A DNA stretch of 63,257 bases, the filler included, from Squatina squatina (taxonomy: Eukaryota), in assembly GCA_031763465.1 (NCBI GenBank). It is 3 parts of 3 records of this genome, joined end to end, with 100 filler letters (N's around TTAATTAATTAA, not from the genome) between each part and the next. Parts side by side here need not be neighbours in the genome. Positions count along the whole stretch, not along the records: positions 1 to 29,761 come from JARFOE010000004.1; positions 29,862 to 50,683 come from JARFOE010000046.1; 1 more part is not named here. The stretch is one strand, 5' to 3'. Positions 23,925 to 37,355 of the stretch are shown here, one piece after another; the first letter of the stretch is position 1; every line of letters begins with the position of its first letter. Below the pieces are notes generated by a model. It searched no databases. It was not told the origin of the DNA and saw only the letters and a program-made list of their open reading frames with translations. Position numbers and translations under genes: made by a program.

Positions 23925-26900
23925 TCATGGAAACTCTCTCAGATCAAGTTTTTATTTAAAGCATGAAAAGAATACCTGGAAAACTTGACACAATGCGGGT
24001 GAAATCGAACAATGCCAATAGTGCCGAATGGGCAAATAGGAAATCGGCAGCCCATTTTACACGATGCCAGATTTTCTTTCCTAAATTGGACCTGGTGTAA
24101 AGCTGGCTCCTGATTCACTATCAGCCTACATGTGTGAACTGATTTCACCACCGCCCCATGATCTTAATCATATCGAAACACATCGTTGTGCTACTTCAAC
24201 ATGGCATTTTTCTGATAGGGCTTCGAGCTTTTCTCCAGCTCCAAATAAACAATTGCTCATCAAATGCTTATCTCCAGAGAGTGCCTGAGGTACACAGGCC
24301 AGGAAGGTGCCAGGTTCGAACCCCAGATCGCCCCAGCCTCAGCAACAGCGCAACGCTAAGGTTGGTCTTGATGCCCCGGGATAAGGATCGGAAATTTTGC
24401 CATAGTTTGAGAGTTTGAATGCTATTTTGTGACGCATGCTGGAAAGAGTGATGCAGGGATGTTGGGGAAGCACTGGGTCTGTCTTGGATAGAATGCTCTT
24501 ACTTGCTGACATGAATGATCAAGACTCACAGATAATGGAGCTAAAATTCGCAAGCACCCGGGCGGACCTCACAAATTACGAATCTAAGGCTGCACTGCTT
24601 ATGCCCACAGATCCGGAACTTGCGATCTGTCAAGATATCTCTTGACAGATCATCCGCTTCTGCTGACAAAGAGGTTTCCAGGGCGGAGAGTTGCGATATT
24701 TTCTGATCTCTTGCCAGTGGAAATCTTTTTAATTTTTAACTCATGGTAAAACCAAGCATACAGCCTTGGTTTTACCAACGTAAGAGTATTTAAAAATGTA
24801 AAAATCAAATAAATTAATGGGACATTACTTAAAAATCATTTCCATTAAGGTAAGTATGTTTAAAAACATTTTGAAAGATTTTTCAAAAATTTCAAAAAAA
24901 TGTTTTGTATTATTTATCTCATTTTAATTAAATTTTAATGTTTTAACTTCTGAAATGTTTTTTGATGTGCTTGTGNNNNNNNNNNNNNNNNNNNNNNNNN
25001 NNNNNNNNNNNNNNNNNNNNNNNNNNNNNNNNNNNNNNNNNNNNNNNNNNNNNNNNNNNNNNNNNNNNNNNNNNNCCTTGGGCTTTGTGAGCCAGATTGC
25101 AACTGCGAGCTGCATTTGGCTCACAGGCCATCATGTGAATATCCCTGCATTAAATATGTCAAAAAATTATCTTGACAGTAAACACATAAAACTACAAGCT
25201 TCTATGATAAATCTCTGCCAGTACATCAATGCATTTCAGTTCCCTTCCCTCTAGACTTTGATGCTGCTACTTGTGCACACGTTATGTCCATGCATGAGTT
25301 TGAGAAGAAAATGAAAACTAATACTCAAATGTGTCATAACACAGTGGTGCAGGATGGTTCAACACCAAACATACTACGGCATGGCGTGGCAAAGCTCTAC
25401 TTTTGTTCGGGACCATAGCCAGGGTCAATTTCTTTTTTTACTGAAGCAATCGTGGCCACCCACAGTCCTTGGTATTTTACTATTACAGTGCACAGCTTGA
25501 GGCAATCTCATATACCTGCTGGCAACTGGCTATAAAGCAACATGACAAGAGGCCTGCCCGTCCTGTTGGCTGGGCTATGATGTGCGTGTGCAGTATGAAG
25601 AGACTTTCAGCAATCCTGCACTCCCAGAGGGGAGCCACATTCAAAGGGAACACAGGTCAGGGATAGACATTCCAGAATGTAGTCCTGATATTCCGACCTG
25701 CACTCCCTTGAGCGCGGCTCGCTGATGGGAGTGCGGGAAAACTGGATTTTCCTCTTGAAGCACAGCCACAAAGATAAATAGAAAATAATTATCTTTTTAA
25801 AACTTAAAGCTATAGACTCCATATGGTGTGGTTTCCCAAAACATAAAAAATTGAAGAGATTAAGAAAGAAATTCTGCCAGTACTTGTAGAGCAATGGTTA
25901 TCTAGCTCAAAGGCATATGGGAGATGTGGCTGGAAAGTGAAGGAGAAATGGTCTTTGCCATTTAATGATAAGAGACAAATTTCTACAGATAGTTCCAGGT
26001 GATTTAAGACCGTCCTTTTTTTCACTTGCAGTTAATACACTATGCTTAATACACTCCCTCCACGCTGTACTCCCTCCGCGCTGCACTCAAAGCTCAGTGT
26101 AGGCGTCCAACCATAGCCTTCTGACTACAAACTGAGAGTGCTACCAAGTTACTGGTATCAGAACGGAGGGTTTTGTTTTGTAAAACTTACCTCTTTGACC
26201 AAGTTGTTGGCCGCCTAATACCTCCTTATGTGGCTCCGCATCAAATTTTGTTTGGTAACGCTCCTGTGAAGCATATTAAAGGTCATATATAAATGCAAGT
26301 AGTTGTTTTTTTAGACCACAAAATTAAAAATATCTCCTTTTCCAAAGATCCTTTCTGGGGAAAAATGGCCTCATTAAAAATCCTGAAATGTGTCAGTGGG
26401 ATATAGCTCTGGCCAGTGACAGGATTGACTTGGCACTTTACAGCCAAACATAATCAGGACTTACAATTCCCGTCAAAATATCTCAAAGCACGTCACACGC
26501 AATAACTATTTTCTGAAGAGGACTGACTGTTTTTATGTGGGCAAACAACAGCAGCCATTTTGCACCAGCAACATCCCTCAGATGGCATTGGTTGAGGGTG
26601 GAATGTTGGCCAGGACACCAGGAGAACTCCCGGCTCTCCTACAAATAGGATCAATTGTCCACCTGAACCATCAGAACCAACTTGATTTGAACCTGAATGT
26701 TTCGGACAATCAGACCTTGGATTTCTCTCATGGTGGCTCACCTCAGTACCTGGCCTTGCTCCGCCAATTTACTACACAAGTCAATGCACAGTAACTGGGC
26801 TTTTGTCTGCTCAAACCTTGTGTAGCTGGAATCAATCAGTAACGAACTTTATTTCACAGATCCATTACTCTTATAGTCCAGTGCTGTTTGTAGCCTCCTG

Positions 26901-27356
26901 TGGGTGGTGAAACTGTCAATTGCAGCCATCGCTAATGGCAACAGAACAGCTTCTCTCATAACTTCCATAACTGCTTATTTTAAATTAGGAACATCAATGC
27001 TCAGCATCAGCACCCTTCAGAGCAATTACAATGTTTAATATCTTGCTTTATTAACAATGTGCCCCCTATAGATTAATTAATTTAATCAGCATCACCAGAT
27101 GGATCCATCAGTTATCAGCACTGTGAAAATGAGATCAACGACAACAGCAACAATGAGATCAAACAAAATACTGAGTCCACATGGATTTACCTGATTAACC
27201 CATTGAAAAGTTTGAGTAATCTAATAAATAAAATCTTCTAACTCTGACCTTTAGTGNNNNNNNNNNNNNNNNNNNNNNNNNNNNNNNNNNNNNNNNNNNN
27301 NNNNNNNNNNNNNNNNNNNNNNNNNNNNNNNNNNNNNNNNNNNNNNNNNNNNNNNN

Positions 27357-27556
27357 CACGGCCTGATAGGGTGGTGGAAACAGGTTCAATGGTACCTTTC
27401 AAAAGGGAATTGGATAAATACTTGAAGGAGAAAAAAATTGTAGGGATATGGGTAAAGAGCAGGGGGAGTGGTACTAACTGGATTGTTCTTCGAAAGAGCC
27501 AGCGTGGACTTAATGGGCCGAATAGCCTCCTTCTGTGTTGTACTATTCTATGATTG
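27357..27556 (+). mobile_element. CR1 LINE 3' end
   Basis: FKRELDKYL motif and a TATTCTATGATT tail. Confidence 0.8.
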
Positions 27557-28694
27557 TAGTGTTGCCCCAGCCTGAGAACAAATAAAACAACACAGAAGGC
27601 ACTAGTTAAATTCCTCACTGAACAAAATTATATGCAGCTTTATATAGAACATGAATAGACTTTTGAAACCATTGCTGTTTTGCATAGTATTATGGAAAGT
27701 ACATGGTGTAATGAAGAGATCCTTATGACAGATAACCGAAGTAACAAATAAAAGAACAAATCGGGATTTCAACTGTTGTTACATAAAAGCACCTCGATGG
27801 TAAAACTGTTTAAAAATTCTTTCGTTAAGTACTTGGCCCACCAATTTAACAGGCACATATAAAAAAATCCTAAATAAAATAGAAAACGCTGGAAATAAAC
27901 ACACGGCAAGTCAGTTGGCATCTGAGAGAGAATTAAAAAAAGATCAGTTAACATTTGAGGTGGGCCTGGAAACAAAAATTCACAACCCTGAACTCAGTCC
28001 ACCAGATTAATAAACAAATACCGTACTCCATGGTTACAATGATACAAACTGTTTTACTAGTGTCAAGTACCACAAGAAACAAACTCCCTGTTCAGGAAGA
28101 GAGTTTCATATTTTTCCTGGGCTCACACCACAGCTAGAACAAGAGCTTGCTGTGTCCTCATGGTAACACCTCACTGTGCAAATTTCTTATGGGTGGTTGA
28201 AGCAATCAGAATATTTTTGCCTGTGCACTAAAGTGAGACAGATTTAGACTTTGACGTGTTCAGAATGTTCTATCTGATCACTGCTATACTCCAGTAAGAA
28301 ACAGAAAGAAGAAAGAGTGTGTATTTACATTGCACCTTTTATGTTTCTCAAGACATCCCATAGCACTTCACATACAATGATTTACTTTGAAGTGTGCTCA
28401 TTGCTGTTATGTGGGTGATCGCAACTGCTATTTGGTGCATAGTGAGATCCGACAAAACGGCCATGAGACGAATGATCGGTTAGTCTGTTTCTGGTGATGT
28501 TGGTTGAGGAAGGAACGTTGGTCAGGACACAGAAAGAGAATAAAGACTTACATTTATAGAGCATCTTTCAGGACCTCAGGATGTCCCAAAGCGCTTTACA
28601 GCCAATGAAGTACTTTTTGAACTGTCGCAATGTAGGAAACACGGCAGCCAATTGATGCACAGCAAGATCCCACAAACAGTAATATGATAATGAC

Positions 28695-29131
28695 CAAGAG
28701 GTCTTCACCATCACAGAAGACAGACTTCAGCCAATTCGATCCACTCCATGTGGTATCAAGAAATGGCTGAGTGCACTGGGTACAGCAAAGGCTCCGGGCC
28801 CCGACAACATCCCGACTGTTGTGCTGAAGACTTGTGCTACAGAACTAGCCGCGCCTCTAGCCAAGCTGTTCCAGTACAGCTACAACACTGACATCTACCC
28901 GACAATGTGGAAAATTGCCCAGATATATCCTATCCACAAAAAGCACAACAAATCCAAACTGGTTAATTACAGCCCTATCGGCCTACTCTAAATCACCAGC
29001 AAAGTGATGGAAGGAGTCGTCAACAGTGCTATCAAGCAGCACTTACTCAGTTATAACCTGCTCATCGATGGTCAGTTTGGGTTCTGCCAGGACCACTCGG
29101 CTCCAGACCTCATTACAGCCTAAGTCCAAAC
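28695..29131 (+). mobile_element. Non-LTR retrotransposon reverse transcriptase fragment with an in-frame stop
   Basis: KAPGPDNIPTVVLKTCATELAAPLAKLFQYSYNTDIYPTMWKIAQIYPIHKK...NYSPIGLL*ITSKVMEG, the pre-RT and RT domain 1 region. Confidence 0.85.
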
Positions 29132-29231
29132 NNNNNNNNNNNNNNNNNNNNNNNNNNNNNNNNNNNNNNNNNNNNNNNNNNNNNNNNNNNNNNNNNNNNN
29201 NNNNNNNNNNNNNNNNNNNNNNNNNNNNNNN

Positions 29232-29761
29232 ACCTTCGCCAACACATCCCTCATACCTATGTAATTGGCTTTATTTAAGTTTAACGCTCTTGTTTCCGAC
29301 TAAATATTCCACTCTCAAGCTCAACGTGAGTTATTTTTTATCATATTATGATCACTCTTCCCCAGAGGAGCCTTTATTATGTGATTACTAATTAGCCCTG
29401 TCTCATTACACAATACAAGATCTAAAATGTTCCCCGGTTGGTTCCATGATGTATTGTTCTAGGAAACTGTCTCGAATGTATTCTATGAACTCGTCCTCCA
29501 GACTACCTTTCCCAATTTGATTTGCCCAGTCTTTATGAAGATTATAGTTCCCCATGATTATTTTATTACCTTTGTTACAAGCACCTAGTAATTGTTGATT
29601 AATACTCTGTACAACTCTACTGTTTGAGGGCCTATAAACTAACTCCCACCAGTGTTTTCTGCCCTTTGTTATTTTTTATCTCCACCCATACTGATTCCAC
29701 TTCCTGATCTTCTGAGCCAAGATCCTTTCTCACAACTGTCCTTATCTCATCGTTACTTATC
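29232..29761 (-). mobile_element. CR1 LINE fragment, endonuclease region
   Basis: Minus strand reads IIMGNYNLH...FIEYIRDSFLEQYIMEPTGEH..LDLV, as in APE-type endonucleases. Confidence 0.7.
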
Positions 29762-29861
29762 NNNNNNNNNNNNNNNNNNNNNNNNNNNNNNNNNNNNNNN
29801 NNNNNTTAATTAATTAANNNNNNNNNNNNNNNNNNNNNNNNNNNNNNNNNNNNNNNNNNNN
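29762..29861. other. Artificial contig linker (44 N + TTAATTAATTAA + 44 N)
   Basis: 12-mer with stop codons in all six frames, centred in exactly 100 bp; locus identity changes across it. Confidence 0.95.
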
Positions 29862-32800
29862 AAATGACTGGCTAAAATTTCTGAAGCCTGCTCTGCCATT
29901 CAATGAGATCATGGCTGATCTGCTTCTGGCCTTAACTCCACTTTCCTGCCTGTTCTCCATAACCTTTGACTCCCTTGCTGCTCAAAAATCTGTCCATCTC
30001 AGCCTGAATATATTCAATGACTCGGCCTCCACGGTTCTCTGGGGTAAAGAATTCCAAAGATTCAAAACTCCCTGAGAGAAGAAATTCCTCCTCATCTCTG
30101 TTTTAAATGGGCAACCCTTTATTCTGCCTGCTATATAGTTCAGAATTGGATTATCTTATTGAATTAATTTTTACAATGTTTATATGGAAAAATATCAGTT
30201 AAAATAAAATATTTTCCCCCTTTGGTACGATATTACAATGACAAATTGATGTCACCAGTTAGTTACCTCTGTATACTACAAAGCAAATACCATGAAATTT
30301 GCTTTTCAATTGAAAATATGCAGTTATAAATAGAATGTTTCATGGCCAGTGATGAAAGATAAATAGATTCACTCTTGAGGCCAGCCATAACTGATTTGTG
30401 TAAGTTGTGTATGCAAGCCTTACTTATGTGTCAAGATATTTACTTTATATTGCCGTTATCCATGATTGAGCCTTTGGCTTAGTGGTAGCATTCCCATCAC
30501 TGAGTCAGAAGGTGAAGGACTTCTGAGCACAAGTTCAGACAGCCCTGGTGAGTGGAGACTAGAATATGGTTTCTAAATACTGGTTTGACATCCAGCAGGG
30601 TACCCATGTCCGGACGCAGTGACCACTGGCTCAGTGGTAGGTTTCCCATCTCTGAGTCAGAGGGTTGGGTTTCTGGCCCTACTGCATGAAGCTCTGGCTA
30701 ACAGTGACCATGGTACCAGCTCTGAATACTGGGTTTGCATCCAGCAGAGGTACTTGCGTTCACTGGGTGGGGTGCCCCTCACTGTAAATGGTAGGTGCAG
30801 CCCCTTAGCCGTGGTTGCAGACCATGTAGAAGGTACTCCAAAGACTGTACTTTGGAACAACAACAGTGAACCACATATGTTTAAGACTTGAGTTAGGANN
30901 NNNNNNNNNNNNNNNNNNNNNNNNNNNNNNNNNNNNNNNNNNNNNNNNNNNNNNNNNNNNNNNNNNNNNNNNNNNNNNNNNNNNNNNNNNNNNNNNNNCA
31001 TGGGCGATGTATCAGCTTCCATTGCAGCACAGGTGGAAGCCTCACAATGTCTTAGTGCTGTAATGCAGATAATGGTTGGCATTGAGTCTCAGACTGCTCT
31101 CATGCAGTCTCAGCTGGATGCCACACAACGTCTTAGTGTTGTTTGATGTGTTGGGGTGAGAGGGGATTTCTGATCCGGGGCAGTGACGGGGTGCTGCGCA
31201 CCGTATGACATCACGATCAACAAGGCACTAGGGACTGAGGTGGTAAGTCTTAGCGCCAGCGCAGAAGCGGCAGGGAAGTTCGCGGGCGTTGCATTCGCTG
31301 CATCCAATCAGAAATCTATTTGCGCCCCTTATCGTCCCCTGGAGGCGCTAACGGGAGGCGCAAAGGAGGCCAAATTCTCACCCTAAGTTTCTTGAATATA
31401 ATTCTCTTTTAAATATTTGTTTCTATTGAGCACACCAGAGACATGAAAGCTGTAAAGCCTCTATTCATCGAAGTCATGATATCCACAATCAGGTGATATC
31501 AAAAGTGCTGCTGTTAATTAAAAAAGTAATTCCTTTCAGTAATTCCAGAAACAGACTTCAGTCATTTCATTCGACACTGCTAATTTGNNNNNNNNNNGGC
31601 AACTGCATAAATAATGTGTCCCCAACATGTGAACTTATATGAATAGTTCAGGGTGCAATTGCAAAATTGCATGTTATGAGCCCTTTCACTGTAGGTTTCT
31701 TATGTAAACACATAATCCCATGTTTGCCTCTTTCTGCAATTAGAATTTTTATTTTCTCAATGACAATCCCACAATTTGGGATCAATGTTGCCTTTCATGT
31801 TTAGAACATTATGACATTCAAAAATAAGGTGTGAGTTCCCCACATGCCTGACTTCAGTATTAAGCCCGGTAGTTAAGTTAAAGGTGATAAATGCTCATGT
31901 GTCTCAAAGCAAAATGATACAATGTTTTACTTCATTAAATAACCCCGACAAGCACATTGCCTTGGTATGTGTTAATATCCACTCACAAGTGATGCAAGCT
32001 TTAAAATATCAATGAGCTTTTTAAATCACTGGTCAGCAATGAGTGTCTGTCATTGAAAGCAGCAGCATTCCAACACAATCAATGATATTCATGTTACAGC
32101 GGATAGGTATAAGTGAACAGTCTGTCACTACTGGATCGGTCTATTCCTGTATTTTTATTAGTATCACCAAGTATGAGGCTGCTACAGCTGTTTTATTACA
32201 GATAATGTATAAAACTTTACATGAAACTGTCAAGGTGTGCATCAATGACAAACCAGTGCAACACGCGAGTGTCATGTGTGCAAAGAATTTGGAAACCTTG
32301 AGGTCAGATCTCAAGCAGTCCCAAAACAGGAAGTACATCTGTGATCATTTCATTGGCACTATGGTACCAATACTGGTACATACAACACCTGTGCCGCGAC
32401 AGATATTTGCAACTTTTGCTAAAACGTATTAAATCTGTGGCTGCAGTTGCCCATATAGCAAGGTATTTCAATCTCAAGTGATGAATGTGGGAAGGAGGGG
32501 AAAGATGCTAAATACAGACCAGGTACCTCCTCATGATGAACAACAGAAAAGATTAGGTCAAGTCCTCCATCCTAGGATTCTTTGACCAACCTTGTCTCCG
32601 GGAAACCTGGTTACATTACAGAACTGGCAGTGGCCTGGGAGCAGGTTACCAGCCTGTCCTCTTGTCTGGGCAATGGTGCATAGTATCCAGGAGGCACCAA
32701 TGAGAGGGATAGATTACATTAAAGGCAGATTCGTAAGTGAAACATTATTATCAGAANNNNNNNNNNNNNNNNNNNNNNNNNNNNNNNNNNNNNNNNNNNN

Positions 32801-33822
32801 NNNNNNNNNNNNNNNNNNNNNNNNNNNNNNNNNNNNNNNNNNNNNNNNNNNNNNNNGCATTCAACCAACTGAGACAGTTTACCATGCTAATCCCACTCTG
32901 ATCTCTGGGGATTATTCCCCAAACCAGAACATTCAGAGCATCGCCCAGCTCCAGTTTTGACATTACTTTAGTCTTCAGAGTGGACGATTCTGGCACAAAA
33001 CATGAGCTGTGCTCAAAATAGAGAAGCTGATTGAAAACAGATTGGAAATGAATAGGCTCTAAATAATGTCAATAAAGAGTTAAGTAGTGGAAAATCATCC
33101 TTTATTTTATTTTACAATGCACAGTGTCATAAAGACACCCAGGCAATGAACATTGATTAAGCCCGCTGTCAGAATTTCACATCTCTTTTTTAAGTTGTTT
33201 TTTCTTTAGTCTTCTTTTGAGAAGGATAAGGTCCACATACAGAATTCGCCCCAAAATGGCCGAGGCGCAGATAAGGCCTCCATGCATGGCTCCAGCTAGT
33301 CCATTGGAGAAAACATCCTGACCTGCAGGAAAGTGCACAGGGATAAGAGAATGTTAAAAGCAGGTCTGGAAATTCCCTAGAAATGAAGTAAACAGGGCCC
33401 GAAAAGCTGTTTGAGTTTGTTTAGGATTTTTTCATCTTTTTGCCCTTGCATCAGGAAAGCATAGTGCTGAGCAATGTTCCAAAGTCATAGGTATCCATTA
33501 GCCTGGCTCCAGTGCAAATCTAGTTCCAAAAGTGCTTTTCTGGCCTCTTTTTGTGCCAAGAAAACAGATAAATAAGTAGTTTGACTTGCCACACACTTCA
33601 TTTATAATACAGTCCTCCAGAGACACAGAAAAAGATTTTTTTTTTTAAAAAGGTTTCATAGCATTTTTGGCCCAGAAATAAAAACATGCATTGAATTTTC
33701 AATCACCAATCTGTGTAAGACATACTGAAAAATTTACAACTTTTTCCCCATTAACTGTTTTTACACATGATCTTAATGAATGAGCAGCAGATAAGGCCTA
33801 TGTTTCTGCCTGCTCTTACTGT

Positions 33823-34098
33823 TTACAGATAAAGGTAGCCTACCCAGTAGACCAAGTTAAACAAACCAAAGGCTGTGGGGAAGAAGATACGGGCATACGA
33901 GTCGATTTTGGTGACACGGATGTGTAGCCTCCCCTGCCTCCATGCTCCCGTGCGGCACTCATCGAAACAGCAGAAGAAACTGGTGCAGTCCTTGCCATCC
34001 AGACACTCGTATCCATACTCTTCATCCCGCTCTTGCAGGTGTGAGGCATTATTCATCTGGACAGCAGCTGATCTAGGGCGGATGTCAACAGTAGGTGC
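33823..34098 (-). CDS. GABRG2: GABA-A receptor gamma-2 subunit, last coding exon (intracellular loop plus TM4)
   Basis: [38 protein letters not shown]...[10 protein letters not shown]; tatAG acceptor; TAA stop. Confidence 0.95.
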   Translation of the reverse strand, partial: APTVDIRPRSAAVQMNNASHLQERDEEYGYECLDGKDCTSFFCCFDECRTGAWRQGRLHIRVTKIDSYARIFFPTAFGLFNLVYWVGYLYL

Positions 34099-36273
34099 CT
34101 ATAATAGTTTCAAGAGAAAAAAAAACTTAACTAGATATTGTGAGAAAAAATGCATAATCAAAAAAAGAATTGTGCTCTTCTAATATGGAGAATGTCATTG
34201 CTAAGGAAGGTGCCAAGTGCTCGTATCAAACATTCTTACATCATGTGTAGTTTAGGTTAGACATCAGATAAAACTTCCTCTATTGTACCCAGCAATGTGC
34301 CTTGACCCCAGATTTTGAAGAAAACACATAACTGCACCTTGTGTATGATTAATGTCAAATTAATGCAAGAATATGGGATACTTTGCAAAGCTAAGCTGTT
34401 CAAACATATCCTCTAGGAACAGGATTTCACCCTGTGCCCTTACAGAGAGAGAGGACATTCATCCTTTCAGTCTGGGTGAACTGAGGGAATGCCATATGAT
34501 TGGAGGTGCCGGGTACTGTCTTGGACTAAGTTCAAGTATTAAATATTGTCACTTGATAAACTTGTGATGATTACACCCAGTGATTAGACAACAAATTTTA
34601 AATTGTACACACTCCTTCCAAATGCTGCCACTAGCCCCCCAACCTCCAGGCAGGCACACACATTCTTAGGGGTATCTGTAGACAGCCCCTCTGCCATCGG
34701 TTGTTTGAATTTTATGTCCAAAAATTGTATTTTTTTCTTAGTTATATCACACCACTGCGTACAGGAATGTAGTACAATCGTGCTAAGCACTCATACATAA
34801 ACTTTGTCAATCAAAATTTATACGTTTTTAACGCAATTTTTATGAGGTTGGTAACTACAATATTTTGAATCGTACATTCAAAATAGGACAGGAATAGAGG
34901 GTATTTTTGTCCATAGGCTGAAAGTGGGCCTGAACATTGTAAACCCAATTAATATGAAATCATAGAGTGAGTTTATTGGAGATTTGCTTGAACAATAAAT
35001 TAGTGCACTAATGCTGATCTCTGCTTAAATTTACCAGATCTTTACCACTCGTCTTAAAATAGATGAATTAGCTTTCTCTGTTTGGCCTGTTAAAGAGAGA
35101 AATATTACATACATCATGTGGAAAAAAAGTCACATGTATCATTTAGTCTACAGGTACTCAGTTTAGTAACCCTTACCCAGTGGTTGGTGAAGATGGCAGG
35201 TGGGGTTTGAGCTGCATTCTTGACATGTTTCTGCCTTCCACCATCTTAACTTACCTGAAATCAGGCATGGGAAGGCCACCTGCTCTAGAAAAGGGCGAAG
35301 ACCTATCCTAAAGATATNNNNNNNNNNNNNNNNNNNNNNNNNNNNNNNNNNNNNNNNNNNNNNNNNNNNNNNNNNNNNNNNNNNNNNNNNNNNNNNNNNN
35401 NNNNNNNNNNNNNNNNNGTGCAGACCCAACTCAAAAGAATCAACAGATAATAAGAAACCTATTGTGGAACAGGCAACAAAAATCCAATCTAAATAACCTG
35501 GTGCATTCATTAATGGGGCTGCATTGCGGGCACTTGGAATTGAAGGCTTGGTTTTGAAAAGGGCAGTTCCATAAAATGCAAATGATTATTCATACTGTGG
35601 ATAAGCAATTTCCCTTATTTTTAATTTTTAGTTATAATAAATGAACAAAAATTGTTCCCTGTAAAAATTGTTTAGAACGCATTAATAAAAAGTATGTTGG
35701 TAAGATTTACACAGCATTATGTGGTTACAATGATCAGCCAACAGGTACATCAGTTAAATCTCATGTCAAAGACTGTAACATTGGTTAAGGTCTAACAGTA
35801 GGATTGGTAGATATGTAGGCATGAAGCTGAATGGAATGTGATGGCAACATATTTGAACAATGCATGCTTTGCATTTTGTCATGGTGATACAAAGTTAGAT
35901 CACTACATGCCTCAGAAAATGATAAACCATTCATTTAGTCAAATGAGCAGATTTAGTAAAATCTTCATTCTAAATGGAAAAAAGAAGAAAGGCTCCTGAA
36001 GCACAAATGTGCCATATTTGTGCCCAAAGAAATTACCCCTCCCAAAAATATGGTATTAAGATTGTAAATTGACATACTTGTGCACATCTGCCTATGTTCT
36101 TTAAATGGTCAAAAATAAAAAGCAGTATTACAATTTTAGAAGGAATCAGTGCTACAACAAAAAGCCCTGACAAAGCTTTTGAAGAAGTGCTTTCATACCA
36201 ACACCTATAGTGTGCATATTCTTATCATGTTTATAAATGCAAACATCAATAACTGTGTCTAAGTATATTATTA

Positions 36274-36546
<273 letters not shown>

Positions 36547-37025
36547 TCATGATTTGAACTGTAACTTGCTCCAGAGCAATAGATAATGAAAGTCTCCACG
36601 CATTTCCATTTCCTTTGCCTTAACAGAACATTAATTCTAAACAAATGACATTTTAGTGAAGGAATTTTATTGAACATAAATATACCCCTGCATTTTTTTC
36701 AGAAAGGCACATCATAGAGAAAATCATTTTAATTTCATGAAACATCTAAAATTGACATTGTGTAAGAGAATGGTCCCTCCTTAAAATATATCTCAAGAAT
36801 GATGTCCTCTGAGAGCCTTCGATGTTGGTCAGATGTGACACAAGTAATAATGAAAATCAATTGTCTTACTTNNNNNNNNNNNNNNNNNNNNNNNNNNNNN
36901 NNNNNNNNNNNNNNNNNNNNNNNNNNNNNNNNNNNNNNNNNNNNNNNNNNNNNNNNNNNNNNNNNNNNNNNAGAGTTAATTTTTGCTTATACTTTAGCAA
37001 AATATAAACAAGTCAAATTAAACTA

Positions 37026-37355
<330 letters not shown>

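Noticed and set aside
19334-29761. CLIP4 or ALK exons expected beyond PCARE
   Set aside because: No recognisable ankyrin, CAP-Gly or kinase peptide was found in the ORF track or by eye.
35254-35285. Candidate GABRG2 microexon before a GTAAGT donor
   Set aside because: The 25-nt version shifts the frame, the 30-nt version contains TGA, and neither resembles LLRMFSFK.
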